In this document: piece after piece, positions 25,474 to 36,994 of the stretch
How the letters are laid out: every line of letters starts with the position of its first letter
Position numbering within the stretch: the first letter of the stretch is position 1
The notes under the pieces: generated by a model
What the model saw: only the letters and a program-made list of their open reading frames with translations
Databases searched by the model: none
What the model was told of the DNA's origin: nothing
DNA from: a virus
Lineage: Duplodnaviria > Caudoviricetes
Strand: one strand, 5' to 3'
Length of the DNA: 64,000 nt
IMG/VR virus record: IMGVR_UViG_3300029288_000080
Span: 1-64,000 of that record
Translations under genes and position numbers: made by a program

Positions 25474-26208
25474 TTGATGCCAAGAACCACCACCTACAGC
25501 AAGGTTGCCGGTGTTCCGGTAGCGTTGTATGGCTACAACTATGCCGACGATTATATGGTGAGCCAACACGCTGACTGGCTCAGTGCAGCCACTGACGCGC
25601 TGGGTCAGTACCGTGCTAGGAGCAAGGACTTTACCTGGCTACACTGTGGCCACTTTAGGTTGATCATTTTGAACTTTGAGCATCTTGGTGGTGGAGGTAA
25701 ACGGGGAACAAACCAGGGTGGTTGGGTCGAGATCTTCCTCGACGCCCATAGAACAGACTCAACCCAAATCGTCCACACCCTGGCCCATGAGTACGCCCAC
25801 CCGGTGTACAAACGAGCATTGAATCACGCCAAGGCGACCTGGGCCGATTTCTGTACTGCCACCGTTGCGCTGGACCTCATGAGACTACTACAGCTGTGGC
25901 CGGTAGAGACGCAGTACTTATGGGAGTCAAGCCCAGACCTTGCAACGGTAGATCCAGAGTTGTACGCTCAAGTGGAGAGCACGGGATTTTCGCCGGACTA
26001 CGTGGACTGGTACAAAACCGCTACGAGGCATGACGTTGAAGCCATGGTCACGGCCCCACAAGTTCCGGCTAACCCTATAACCGGCTATGCCGTAACGTCA
26101 CCAGAGGAGGCGTTCTGTGAAGCCGCTGCCCTGTGGGTCACCCATGGCGAGGCCACACTGCCGGCGCGAGTGCTACAACAGGTCAAATTTGTGCTAGGTA
26201 CGGTTTAG
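25474..26208 (+). CDS. zincin-like metallopeptidase domain protein
   Basis: HEYAH (HExxH) and downstream YAVTSPEEAFCEA. Confidence 0.7.
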   Translation: MMPRTTTYSKVAGVPVALYGYNYADDYMVSQHADWLSAATDALGQYRARSKDFTWLHCGHFRLIILNFEHLGGGGKRGTNQGGWVEIFLDAHRTDSTQIVHTLAHEYAHPVYKRALNHAKATWADFCTATVALDLMRLLQLWPVETQYLWESSPDLATVDPELYAQVESTGFSPDYVDWYKTATRHDVEAMVTAPQVPANPITGYAVTSPEEAFCEAAALWVTHGEATLPARVLQQVKFVLGTV

Positions 26209-26492
26209 TCGGTGGGCCGCTGTGGAACGTGAAGAAACAGCGAGATCTTAGCCATGGAGACCACGTAAGGCAAGCCCTCGATAGCAATGAGGTCGTTGAT
26301 AACCCCACACTCCATCTTGGCCACTTCTAACAAATGTTCTACATTCTCTAACCATGGTTCAGGTATTTCTTCAAGATAGGCATGCCAGAATCGGAGTAGT
26401 TCCCTGGTGCCGTTTACCTGTACGTCACGTTTGTCTTTGCTCGCTGTACACATACGGTATAAAGCACCAGCGTACTTGATGGTTTTGCTCAT
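26205..26492 (-). CDS. hypothetical protein with shared N-terminal motif
   Basis: MSKTIKYAGALYR; ATGA coupling. Confidence 0.65.
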   Translation of the reverse strand: MSKTIKYAGALYRMCTASKDKRDVQVNGTRELLRFWHAYLEEIPEPWLENVEHLLEVAKMECGVINDLIAIEGLPYVVSMAKISLFLHVPQRPTD

Positions 26493-27541
26493 TTTCCCAC
26501 CTGTTGCTTGGCCTCTCGGCTTCGTTGTCTGGGCAGGTCGTACAGGACTTTGCCCTGCTGGGTCCATAGTTGGTGCCGCCCCATCATCCTGACGACCAAC
26601 TCGCGGATCTTCACCATGGCGAAATCGTCGCGGCAATACAGTACATCCGCGATGGCGTCGTAGTCGGGGCTGCGGGCTTCGGTGTCGGGAACCCGGTGGA
26701 TCTTCACGACTACCAGGATCCGGTTGGCCCCGCCGTACCCCACAGGCTCTACGACGCGGATGCGGTTTTCTTCGCCGTTCAAGACCGGCTCGGTGGCTTC
26801 CCTGAGCTTTTGCAGCACCTGTTCGGCCGCCGCTCGATATTGTTTCCTCAAGGCCATCGGGGCCAGGTCACCCTGGTAGACTGAGATCCATTTGGATTTG
26901 TCTCCCACGAAACCACCCTGGACCTTTTTGGCCAACCAGTACTGGGCCTGGAGCATCAGGGCCCGGGCCAACAGGGGCTTGACCTGCTGGATCCGTTGCT
27001 TCGGCACTTTCCATCGGGCCCGGATGTTGTCCGCAATGTAGTAGCCCGCGATGATGTTCCAGTCAAATTCGTTTCGCCATAGACGTTCCAGAATCGTGCT
27101 GGTATTTTGTGTCGCTGCCGACCCGGCTCCCTGGACAGTTTCAAGATATTCACGCAAGTAGAAATCGTCGCCGCCCAGCAGAAAATCCTCGTCTATCCTG
27201 GTAGTCGGGCTTCTGGTTTCAACTTGGGCCGCGATCATGATGGAATCGCCACCCAGCGCCCTCATGGCCGACCCGGCGTACCCATAGGCGGTCCCGATAC
27301 TGTCGGTGAAGTAGACGCCGCCGTACGTTTCCATGTCGCGGGCGTCCCAGTCAATCCCGTGGGTTTTGCTCAGTTCTTCGGCGGTCAGGTCAAAAACCCT
27401 TTTCTTGGGCTGGGGGTTCAGCCCTTCCTTGAGGATTTTCTTCAAAATAGTATCGTTAGGCCCCGAAGCGGTCCCGTGGTACATCACGGTTTTGGCGGCC
27501 TCGCGGTAGACAGCGCCATTAAACCTGATCATCTTGGCCAT
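26489..27541 (-). CDS. ADP-ribosyltransferase-fold (YHGT) protein with shared N-terminal motif
   Basis: MYHGT..ILKEGL..GGVYFTDSIGTAYGYA; paralogous to the 55947 domain. Confidence 0.7.
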   Translation of the reverse strand: MAKMIRFNGAVYREAAKTVMYHGTASGPNDTILKKILKEGLNPQPKKRVFDLTAEELSKTHGIDWDARDMETYGGVYFTDSIGTAYGYAGSAMRALGGDSIMIAAQVETRSPTTRIDEDFLLGGDDFYLREYLETVQGAGSAATQNTSTILERLWRNEFDWNIIAGYYIADNIRARWKVPKQRIQQVKPLLARALMLQAQYWLAKKVQGGFVGDKSKWISVYQGDLAPMALRKQYRAAAEQVLQKLREATEPVLNGEENRIRVVEPVGYGGANRILVVVKIHRVPDTEARSPDYDAIADVLYCRDDFAMVKIRELVVRMMGRHQLWTQQGKVLYDLPRQRSREAKQQVGK

Positions 27542-27547
27542 GGGTTT

Positions 27548-27934
27548 CTATCCTTTGGCCAAGTCGGCCAACCATGTCCCCATATGGACCTGGCGGTTCG
27601 GCATTCTGGACTTCAGGAACAGCCAGTGTTCCACGACCTTCAGGGCCAAGGTTTCATCGTCGTACCGGCCCATCATGACCCCGTTGGCCGCGATGCACCA
27701 CGCTGGGGACTTGCCTCGTCGGCATTGGCTGATCATTTTATCGGCGAGGTCAGCGGCTCGCTGGACAAACTCTTGCTTGGACATCTGGCCCAGTTCAACA
27801 AAATCCTGCTGGGTCAGGGTGGGGCCGGGCGGGTTGGCACGGGGCGCTGGGTAGAACCGGGGGCCTCGCGGTTCCTCGGGGGCCTGGAGGGCTTCGCGGT
27901 AGACGGCACCATTGTAGACCAGCATCCTGGACAT
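27548..27934 (-). CDS. hypothetical protein with shared N-terminal motif
   Basis: MSRMLVYNGAVYREA; AGGTG SD. Confidence 0.65.
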   Translation of the reverse strand: MSRMLVYNGAVYREALQAPEEPRGPRFYPAPRANPPGPTLTQQDFVELGQMSKQEFVQRAADLADKMISQCRRGKSPAWCIAANGVMMGRYDDETLALKVVEHWLFLKSRMPNRQVHMGTWLADLAKG

Positions 27935-27967
27935 GGTTTCACCTGGAAATGCAAACAATTCCGTTAT

Positions 27968-27977
27968 AGATTAACGT
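27968..27977 (-). promoter_or_regulatory. candidate phage-specific (late) promoter ACGTTAATCT
   Basis: recurrent intergenic motif heading an operon. Confidence 0.6.
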
Positions 27978-27986
27978 TCTGGCCAC

Positions 27987-28016
27987 TTGACACCTGCCAG
28001 CCCGGTAAGGTATATT
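27987..28016 (+). promoter_or_regulatory. sigma70-type promoter
   Basis: TTGACA-18-TATATT. Confidence 0.6.
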
Positions 28017-28143
28017 GGGCCAGGATGGCCCTGCAATGGCCCGAAAGGACATGTCCATGTCGTCGTGGTACCGTTTCTGTCGCGTCGGTTGTCATCGCGA
28101 CTACACCCAGTGTTGTGGCTGATTTTTGCCCCGGAGGACTCCC

Positions 28144-28659
28144 GTGAAGACCCTGCTGCTCAACTGCTCTTACGAGCCGATCCGCTTGATTTCATGGCAG
28201 GAAGCCATCAGTGACCAGTGGCTCGGCAAGATTGACGTCCTCGCCACCTACGAAGCTGTGGTCAGGTCGTGCTATCTGGAGATCCAGATCCCTGCGGTCG
28301 CGAGACTGAAGCGTCGTCATCGCTACCGGTCTGAAGTGGTACCGTTCGAAAGACGATTTGTTTATGCACGCGATCACTGGCGGTGTTGCTACTGTGGGGA
28401 GAGGTTCCCCGACGAGTCCCTGACGTTTGACCATGTGGTCCCGAAGTCCAAGGGTGGCAAGACCTCATGGACCAACATCGTGACGGCCTGCACGGTTTGC
28501 AACGGCCGTAAGGATGACCGCACCCCCGAAGAAGCCGGGATGCCGCTCAGAACCAAGCCGATTCAGCCCCGCTGGATGCCCTCGGCCTTGGTGGATTCGG
28601 TCGGGCGTGGTCCAGTGCCTCCCCAGTGGGCCGACTGGGTTGACTGGCTCGCGGCCTAG
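28144..28659 (+). CDS. HNH endonuclease (McrA-like family)
   Basis: TLLLNCSYEP..RDHWRCCYCG..LTFDHVVPKSKGG..WTNIVTAC..CN..K; GGAGG SD. Confidence 0.9.
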   Translation: MKTLLLNCSYEPIRLISWQEAISDQWLGKIDVLATYEAVVRSCYLEIQIPAVARLKRRHRYRSEVVPFERRFVYARDHWRCCYCGERFPDESLTFDHVVPKSKGGKTSWTNIVTACTVCNGRKDDRTPEEAGMPLRTKPIQPRWMPSALVDSVGRGPVPPQWADWVDWLAA

Positions 28660-28684
28660 CATTTTCACTTTCCGCTAAAAGATA

Positions 28685-28713
28685 TTGACAAGTGCAACCC
28701 ACGGAGGTATATC
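28685..28713 (+). promoter_or_regulatory. sigma70-type promoter related to the 7706/10296 repeat
   Basis: TTGACA-AGTGCAACCCACGGAGG-TATATC. Confidence 0.65.
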
Positions 28714-29335
28714 TACTGGTGAGGAAACCACCATGACGATCCTGCGGCATAAGCAACGACGCCACGAGGTCCAGTGTAACGGCTGTTACGCCACTGCGGT
28801 CCTGGCCGTTCCCGTGGGGCGCTGGTATGACCTCCCTGCTGGCTGGGTCAAACTCTCGGCTCTGCACCTGTGTCCCTGGTGTTTTGAAATGGCGGACGTC
28901 GGCATCAGGGACGCTGTCCTGAACAACCATGGGAGGCCATGATGCTGGCCAAATCTACCGACACCCTGGTGATCAAGATGCAGGAAATCCTCGGGGACGC
29001 CCGGGTCCTGGTGGTCAACCAGCAGCACGACCCGCAGCTCCTCCAGGACCTGGAAACCATCCTGGCCTGGAAGGTCTAGGGGTACAGCATAGGTGATGGT
29101 GACGGTGTAAGAAAAATCGCCGCTGCCGCCGAGGCGATCCGGATGGGCCGCTATGGCCTGGTCGTCGGGACCACCGGGCTGTTTGGCCACCGGCATGACC
29201 GTGCCCTGGCTACGGCGGCCAAGGCGACCAATACCCTGTATGTCAGGGTCAACCGAGGAAGGGTTGGCAACATCATCCGGGAAGTGGCCCGGATGCTGGG
29301 GTTGTCGTAACAGCACCAGAGTCCAGGAGGACAGA

Positions 29336-29614
29336 ATGCTTTACTGTACCATACGGGATCCTAACTTCGCCATCACGGCCGGCGTGACGGAGTTTCAGTG
29401 GCACGTCGGAGAACCCCCGCCGTGGCTGAAGGAAGATTGGTTCTGGCGACTCCGCACCCACGTCGTGGACATCCAGGCCGACGGCGACGAACTCCAGGCG
29501 GTGTACCGACAGTTCCGCAATCTGCCGGAAGCTCCGTACAACAGGGTGGTGACCTGGACCGGTGACTTTGCCAGATTTATCGCGTTGAATCTCGCGCCGT
29601 GGTATAAGTCATGA
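29336..29614 (+). CDS. hypothetical protein
   Basis: AGGAGG SD before ATG 29336. Confidence 0.6.
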   Translation: MLYCTIRDPNFAITAGVTEFQWHVGEPPPWLKEDWFWRLRTHVVDIQADGDELQAVYRQFRNLPEAPYNRVVTWTGDFARFIALNLAPWYKS

Positions 29615-30255
29615 TCGAATATCCTAGCATTATCGCTAGTGCTAAGGCGCCGAAGAAGCCCATGCTGGCCTTCGAGAAAATCGACGGGTCCAACATCCGG
29701 GTCAAATGGACACCGAAGAATGGCTTTTGCCTATTTGGCTCCAGGGAATGTTTGTTGGATGCAACCCACCCACATCTTGGTGGCGTAGTTCATCTATTTG
29801 ACTCTACCCTCAAGGACGAGATGGACCACCTGCTCCGGGGTTACTTCGCCAAGGAGAAAGAGGTGGTGGTTTTCGGGGAATATTGGGGGCCAAACAGTTT
29901 GGCCGGGATCCACGTGGATCCGCCGGACCAGATGCATTTGACTATTTTCGATCTTCTGGTGGTCAAGAAGTCCTACACGGAGTTTGTCCTGCCTCAGGAT
30001 TTTGTCAAAATCATGGCCAACACTACTGTCCCGACACCGCGATTTTTACGCGACGGCAATCTGAACGAGGAGTTTATCCAGCAAGTTCGAGAGAACAAAT
30101 TTGACCCCCCGCTAAACGAAGGTGTAGTTTGCAAGGGCCGGGAACGCAGCGGGGCTCACCGGGGCAAGGTTTGGATGTGCAAGATCAAGACGAACCAGTA
30201 CATGAACCGGCTCAAGGAACGGTACGGGCAGGATTGGGGTCGGTTTTGGGAGTAA
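29611..30255 (+). CDS. RNA ligase-like nucleotidyltransferase (Rnl2-like core)
   Basis: motif I EKIDGSN, III FGEY, IIIa FDL, IV EGVVCK, V KIK. Confidence 0.8.
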   Translation: MIEYPSIIASAKAPKKPMLAFEKIDGSNIRVKWTPKNGFCLFGSRECLLDATHPHLGGVVHLFDSTLKDEMDHLLRGYFAKEKEVVVFGEYWGPNSLAGIHVDPPDQMHLTIFDLLVVKKSYTEFVLPQDFVKIMANTTVPTPRFLRDGNLNEEFIQQVRENKFDPPLNEGVVCKGRERSGAHRGKVWMCKIKTNQYMNRLKERYGQDWGRFWE

Positions 30256-30259
30256 TGAC

Positions 30260-31054
30260 ATGATTGCTTCACTTAAAGTCTCGGCCAAGTCCAAGGTGCC
30301 GGTGGCCTGGTGGGATAAAGCATTCCAAGGGGCACAATCCTGGGAGTTCAAACCTGGTGTCAACATCCTGTGGGGGCCCAACGGATCAGGCAAATCCACG
30401 ATCCTGACCCTGCTGGCTCGACTGCACTGCTGCGAGCACACTGGCTATTCCAAGGTCACGAAACTCGGGTTTGACAACCTGTTTCGAGACGTCAAGCCCA
30501 CGAAGGACGGCAGTAAGCTGCCCAGCGGGATCGAATGCCACCATGATGGCCAGGAAATCAGGTGTTTCAACTCCGGCAAGGTCATCGGGATGGAATTTGG
30601 CAGTGCTGCTTTTGATTTCGAGGTTGACGATCCCGTCGGGGTCTTCATGACTCGAGGATCCAGTGGGCAACTCAACGTTCATCGGTTGGGCCAGGTCATG
30701 AAGGCCAAGCCCCGAGACAAGATCGAATGGACCCGGTCTCCTGACCCCAATTACCAAGCTGAACCGGGTCGCCGTGACCATCACCACGAGAAACAAATGT
30801 GGCTGCAGGACTACCTCAAGGGTAGTCTACCGGCAGGTCCCCGAACTTTCCTGATGGACGAGCCGGATGTCGGGATGGACTGGCCAACCAAGCGGTTGCT
30901 GTGGGATTTGACCCTGGCGACGTCGGGTACCCGCCAGTACATTGTGGCGAGCCACAGCATTTTCGCCATGCAGTTCCCCGGGGCCAATTTCATCGAGATG
31001 AAGCCCGGCTACCTTGAGGAATGCCGCAAGGTCGTGCGCGGCCTCACGGTATAA
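30260..31054 (+). CDS. ABC-superfamily ATPase
   Basis: GPNGSGKST, SSGQ signature, FLMDEPD, VASHS. Confidence 0.85.
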   Translation: MIASLKVSAKSKVPVAWWDKAFQGAQSWEFKPGVNILWGPNGSGKSTILTLLARLHCCEHTGYSKVTKLGFDNLFRDVKPTKDGSKLPSGIECHHDGQEIRCFNSGKVIGMEFGSAAFDFEVDDPVGVFMTRGSSGQLNVHRLGQVMKAKPRDKIEWTRSPDPNYQAEPGRRDHHHEKQMWLQDYLKGSLPAGPRTFLMDEPDVGMDWPTKRLLWDLTLATSGTRQYIVASHSIFAMQFPGANFIEMKPGYLEECRKVVRGLTV

Positions 31055-31070
31055 ACAATTCAGAAAGGAC

Positions 31071-31565
31071 ATGATAATGCAACCAAGAAACAGTATTGAC
31101 GAGATCATCAAGGCGATGGCCAAGCGGTTCGACCAGGATGACGACCGACTTGTCGAGACCACCCACCTGCGCTACTGGCTCGAGAACGCCGTTGAGGCCC
31201 TGGTGGCCTGCGAGGCCGTCCAGGAGGCCAGGGAGCAGCAGATGGACGTGCTACAGGAACAGGTCAATGACCTGAACCAGCAGGTCCTGAACCTCGTGGC
31301 CGACCAAGCGGTGCTGAGTCGCCAGCTTGCTGTCGCGACCGAGGTCCAGCATGTCGACTTCGACATCACGATGCAGTGGGATCCGGATTTAGCCGATCGG
31401 TGTCGTCACCACGCTGACAAGCCGCCCAAACTGGTCAAGACTACCGAAGGTAAGCAGGATTCCTGTGGTGCTGACTCCACGTACGTGACGACGACGCCCA
31501 CGAGCAAGCCCAAGCAGGTCAAGCCCACCAAGCACAAGGTGAGCCGAAAGGACAAGGCCAAGTAG
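31071..31565 (+). CDS. coiled-coil hypothetical protein
   Basis: AAGGA SD; heptad-like region. Confidence 0.55.
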   Translation: MIMQPRNSIDEIIKAMAKRFDQDDDRLVETTHLRYWLENAVEALVACEAVQEAREQQMDVLQEQVNDLNQQVLNLVADQAVLSRQLAVATEVQHVDFDITMQWDPDLADRCRHHADKPPKLVKTTEGKQDSCGADSTYVTTTPTSKPKQVKPTKHKVSRKDKAK

Positions 31566-31567
31566 CG

Positions 31568-31984
31568 ATGCGTGGAAGCCAGGTCGATAATGCTCGCCAA
31601 CTTCTGGTAGCCAGGTTGGAGCACCTGGCCCTCAGGGGCCGCGAGGCCAAGGACCGGTTGTCGGCCGACCTGTTGCTCCACGGCATTGGGGTCACGATCC
31701 TGAACTGCCGCGACGCCTTGGTCCAGGAGGTCCAGGGCCACGTGGCCCAGGGGATTCTGCGACGCATTTCTTCCGAGCCCCTGGGCCACGTCGTCAGGGA
31801 TGAGATGTCCCGACTGGGCCACGGGTGCTACCAGCCCGACGGCAACGACTTCCGCCATGGCATCGTGACCACGACGTTCACGGCCCACCTGGAACTGCTC
31901 CGGTTGCTCCAGGGGTACCTGGAGCGGCTTGGCCAGGCCCTCGTGGCCGAGGGTGTGGAAGATTCTCCCTGGTTAGCAGGATAG
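31568..31984 (+). CDS. hypothetical protein
   Basis: operonic spacing. Confidence 0.55.
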   Translation: MRGSQVDNARQLLVARLEHLALRGREAKDRLSADLLLHGIGVTILNCRDALVQEVQGHVAQGILRRISSEPLGHVVRDEMSRLGHGCYQPDGNDFRHGIVTTTFTAHLELLRLLQGYLERLGQALVAEGVEDSPWLAG

Positions 31985-31987
31985 TGA

Positions 31988-33654
<1,667 letters not shown>

Positions 33655-33806
33655 ACGTCCAGGCCGACGGCAACGACATCGTGGCAGAGATCCGGGCGGC
33701 TTTTGCGGTCGAAACATTGGCGGTGCATCGCTGGGAGCCCACCGGTTAGTTTTCTCTTTTTCGGGTCAAAACTCATCGGTAAAGTCTTGCTACCAAGAGG
33801 TGCTGG

Positions 33807-34076
33807 ATGTCTGCGTCTGATTCTGATGTGATTGCTGCCTTGCATACGGTCAGTGCTGCATTGGCCGGGTCGGGATACTTCCACCGGTCTGCGCAGTTAC
33901 ACGCGATCCGTAGACGCTGTTGCCTGGCTGCTGATGCTTTGGCGAAACTGCTCCAGGAGGCACAAGACGTCGACGCCGTGCGGACTGCCAAGGTTGTATT
34001 TGAGTCTGCCATGCAAGATGTGCGGGCTGTGCTACCGGCTGACCTGGCCGATAGTCTTCCGCTGCTTAAAAACTGA
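33807..34076 (+). CDS. hypothetical protein
   Basis: GAGGTG SD. Confidence 0.5.
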   Translation: MSASDSDVIAALHTVSAALAGSGYFHRSAQLHAIRRRCCLAADALAKLLQEAQDVDAVRTAKVVFESAMQDVRAVLPADLADSLPLLKN

Positions 34077-34141
34077 TCCTGGAATATTTTCTGTTCCTGG
34101 TTAGCCGGCAGGTAAAATGATCCTCGGCCTATTTCCGGGCC

Positions 34142-35290
34142 ATGAGGATACCGATGTATTTAACAGAAGTTCAAGACGTCTTCGACGTCAACAAGTACCT
34201 GTGGGGCCTGGCCCACCCAGTTGACCCGGTTGCCGTGGCGCAGCAGTATGATCTGGATCGTGCTGCTCTGGTGGCCCAGGCGCTCCGTGGCCGTAAGTCG
34301 GATACTGCGCCCAGGTCTAGTGCCGACGACGTAACCCATGACGTCATCCACGATGTTGTATTTTGGCGGGATTTTTGCCATGCTCCCGGGTTCCGTCAGC
34401 TGGTCACGCCGTGCCGCTGTACTAACCTTGACCCAGCGGTTGCTCCGTGTGCCGAGCCTACGGATATCCCCGACGGCATCACTACTCTGGTTCGCCACCA
34501 CAATGGCATCCCGCACGTCATCAAGATTCACTATCCTGTGCTCACGTGCCAAGACGGCGTAGCCACGTTGCATTGTCGTGACTGCGGTGTCGAGGTGACC
34601 GCTTCATCCGCAATCGAGGCGGTATGTCGGTGGAACCGCGAGACCATCGCGGTGGTTCCTGAAGACGACCAGATTACCGCGTATGTACCTAAGCCCGTGG
34701 GGCCTTCTCCCGAAGATGTCGTGGCGCTCCAGGCCGTCAAAGCAGAGCGCCGACTGCATAAAGACAAAATCAGACCGGCACAGGACAAAGCCCGCAGTAT
34801 CGTCCAGCACCTTCTTGCCCACCATCGACTACCAGACAGGAGTGCAGCCACAATCCTGGTGTTGTATCGTGAAAATGCCGTGGTGTACCTTGTGACAACC
34901 TCCGTGAGGAATGGGGACTCGCGTGACTTCTATGTCGGTGAGTGGCGCGGGGCAAAACGTGATTGCGGGGTTTTTGATCGTTATACGGACCCTGCCGCGT
35001 TGGCTCAGTGGGCTGACCAACTTGCCGCGACTCTGCAGGGTCATCAAGCAGTCCTATACTACCACCTGGACGCCGTGAAAAAGAACCAGGGGTGGTACGG
35101 CACCGAAGCAGTTAGGTGCGACGCCGGTTGGTTCGGTCCCATGGACCTGACCACCGTGATCGCCCAGGGGGCCATCCCCCAGGAACCCAAGTTCAACTTT
35201 TTGCTGCCCCGTGACCATCCTGGTCACCCGGATTTCGTCCAGACAGCACCGTCTGTTGACCATGAGGATACCGATGCCCCTTCACTTTGA
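34142..35290 (+). CDS. hypothetical protein with Lar-like Zn ribbon; paralog of next gene
   Basis: FWRDFCHAPGF..PCRCTN..CRDCG..AIEAVCRWN. Confidence 0.65.
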   Translation: MRIPMYLTEVQDVFDVNKYLWGLAHPVDPVAVAQQYDLDRAALVAQALRGRKSDTAPRSSADDVTHDVIHDVVFWRDFCHAPGFRQLVTPCRCTNLDPAVAPCAEPTDIPDGITTLVRHHNGIPHVIKIHYPVLTCQDGVATLHCRDCGVEVTASSAIEAVCRWNRETIAVVPEDDQITAYVPKPVGPSPEDVVALQAVKAERRLHKDKIRPAQDKARSIVQHLLAHHRLPDRSAATILVLYRENAVVYLVTTSVRNGDSRDFYVGEWRGAKRDCGVFDRYTDPAALAQWADQLAATLQGHQAVLYYHLDAVKKNQGWYGTEAVRCDAGWFGPMDLTTVIAQGAIPQEPKFNFLLPRDHPGHPDFVQTAPSVDHEDTDAPSL

Positions 35291-36468
35291 ACATGAGACA
35301 CAACAGCCGGACGCCAACGCCCGTGCCCGGTTGAATATTTGGTTACGTTGGGCCGCTACCGCGCCAGAGAAAATTGTCCAGCAGTGCATGTACGAGGTGA
35401 CACAGTGGTGGTGTCATGGAGATCCCCAGGAGAGTGCCCAGGCCAAGGAAGTGGAGTTTCTGACCAGATTGCGCGCAACAGTAGGGAGCGACGCCCTCCT
35501 CCACGTAGACTTGGCCGCGTACGCAGAACCTAAAGACGTGTTGGACGACCTAGCTTTTTGGCGGTTTTTCTGTGCCCAGCCTGGTTTCCACCAGATTGTT
35601 TGGCCTTGCAGGTGCACCAACAGGCCAGCAGGTAGTTCTGCCGAGGTGCCGACTCCACAGTACCCTAGTTTTGCTCCGGGTGATTCCGTGGTTTTGGCTT
35701 GCCCAAAGTGTTTCGTCAGTGTGGAGTCCGCCACTCCCCTGGGGGGCGATTTGTCGGTGGAATCATGAAACCAAGAAAGCGGCCGAGATTGCAGCGAAGC
35801 TACAGGAGGACAGCGGCGGGTACGGGCCCAGCCCTACGCCGGGAGAACCGTCCCCCGAGGGTGCAGCGCGACTTGAGGCCGTCAGGGCAGAGCGTCAGGC
35901 TACCCGTAGCACTCGTGGCCGCGCCCTGTATGATCGCCTTGCCGGCATCGTTAACTACCTGATGGACTACTGGAAAATCGTGCGACGAGACGGCCAGGTC
36001 GTCACGGTGTTGTATAAGGAAGACCGGGTTCCTTATCTGATCACCCGACAGGTTGACGCCAGGACCGGTACCGCCACGTACGCGGCCAGGTTGGCCAGGG
36101 GTGCAGAACTACTGTGTCTTCCCGGTGCATTAGACCATTTGTTTGTGGGGAAGCAGAAACCCGACCCTGCTGTCCAGCCAGAGGTGGTTAAGCACCAGAT
36201 CACACATCTCATTAATGAAAATGCGATTTTGCACGTACTGGACCACCATGTTGTGACGGGGTTGCTCAACCAAGAAACCCTTCCAGACACCGGTTGGACT
36301 GACCCGGTTGATTTGGCCGTCGCGATGGCAGCCGGGAAAATCCCGAAGGAACCGCCGTTTGCGGCCTCTGGGTCCCAACAGACAGTATCCCAGCAGACTC
36401 CGATCATTCAAATGAACCAGGACCAGGAAGGCCAAGAAATTAAGCAGTTTGCCGATAGCATCTTATAA
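35262..36468 (+). pseudogene. frameshifted paralog of 34142..35290 (extra G in G6 run 35741-35746)
   Basis: FWRFFCAQPGF..PCRCTN..CPKC in one frame continues as AICRWNHET in the next. Confidence 0.7.
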
Positions 36469-36480
36469 AGAGGTGTCCAG

Positions 36481-36969
36481 ATGACGTGTTGGCTTGACTA
36501 TACCCCAGAACCCGACGCTCCATTGGTCCAGCAGGTTCGCCAAGCGCTACAACAGGGTAGTGTTGATTCTTGGCTGCGGGACCTCTTGCCCTGCAGGATT
36601 GACGGCTGGTACGCGTTCAGCAATGCCGTGAAGCGCTATTTTGCCGACCAGCTGGTTTTAACGTGCACCCGTGGGGCCACACATCTTCGGGACGCCCTGG
36701 ACGCTGACCTCAACTGGGTTGTCCCTGATGACCACAAGCTGTTCGGTGTTTACGCCGCTGGTTCAACTCCGCAGCATGATTTTCATGTTCGTGGCCAGCA
36801 CGCGTACTGCACAGTTTGTGGCCGTCCAGTGCAGGTTACCCTATTCGGCAATGCCATTTTGTATGTGGTGCTGTGCCCTACCCTGACCCAGCAATATTTA
36901 GCCCCACCGCAGAAAAATACCGACCCTGGTGACGGAACGTACCGCTGGGTCTGCGAAGCCGTTGTTTGA
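36481..36969 (+). CDS. hypothetical protein
   Basis: GAGGTG SD. Confidence 0.55.
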   Translation: MTCWLDYTPEPDAPLVQQVRQALQQGSVDSWLRDLLPCRIDGWYAFSNAVKRYFADQLVLTCTRGATHLRDALDADLNWVVPDDHKLFGVYAAGSTPQHDFHVRGQHAYCTVCGRPVQVTLFGNAILYVVLCPTLTQQYLAPPQKNTDPGDGTYRWVCEAVV

Positions 36970-36994
36970 CGGGTGCAAGTGAGTATTGTGTATT

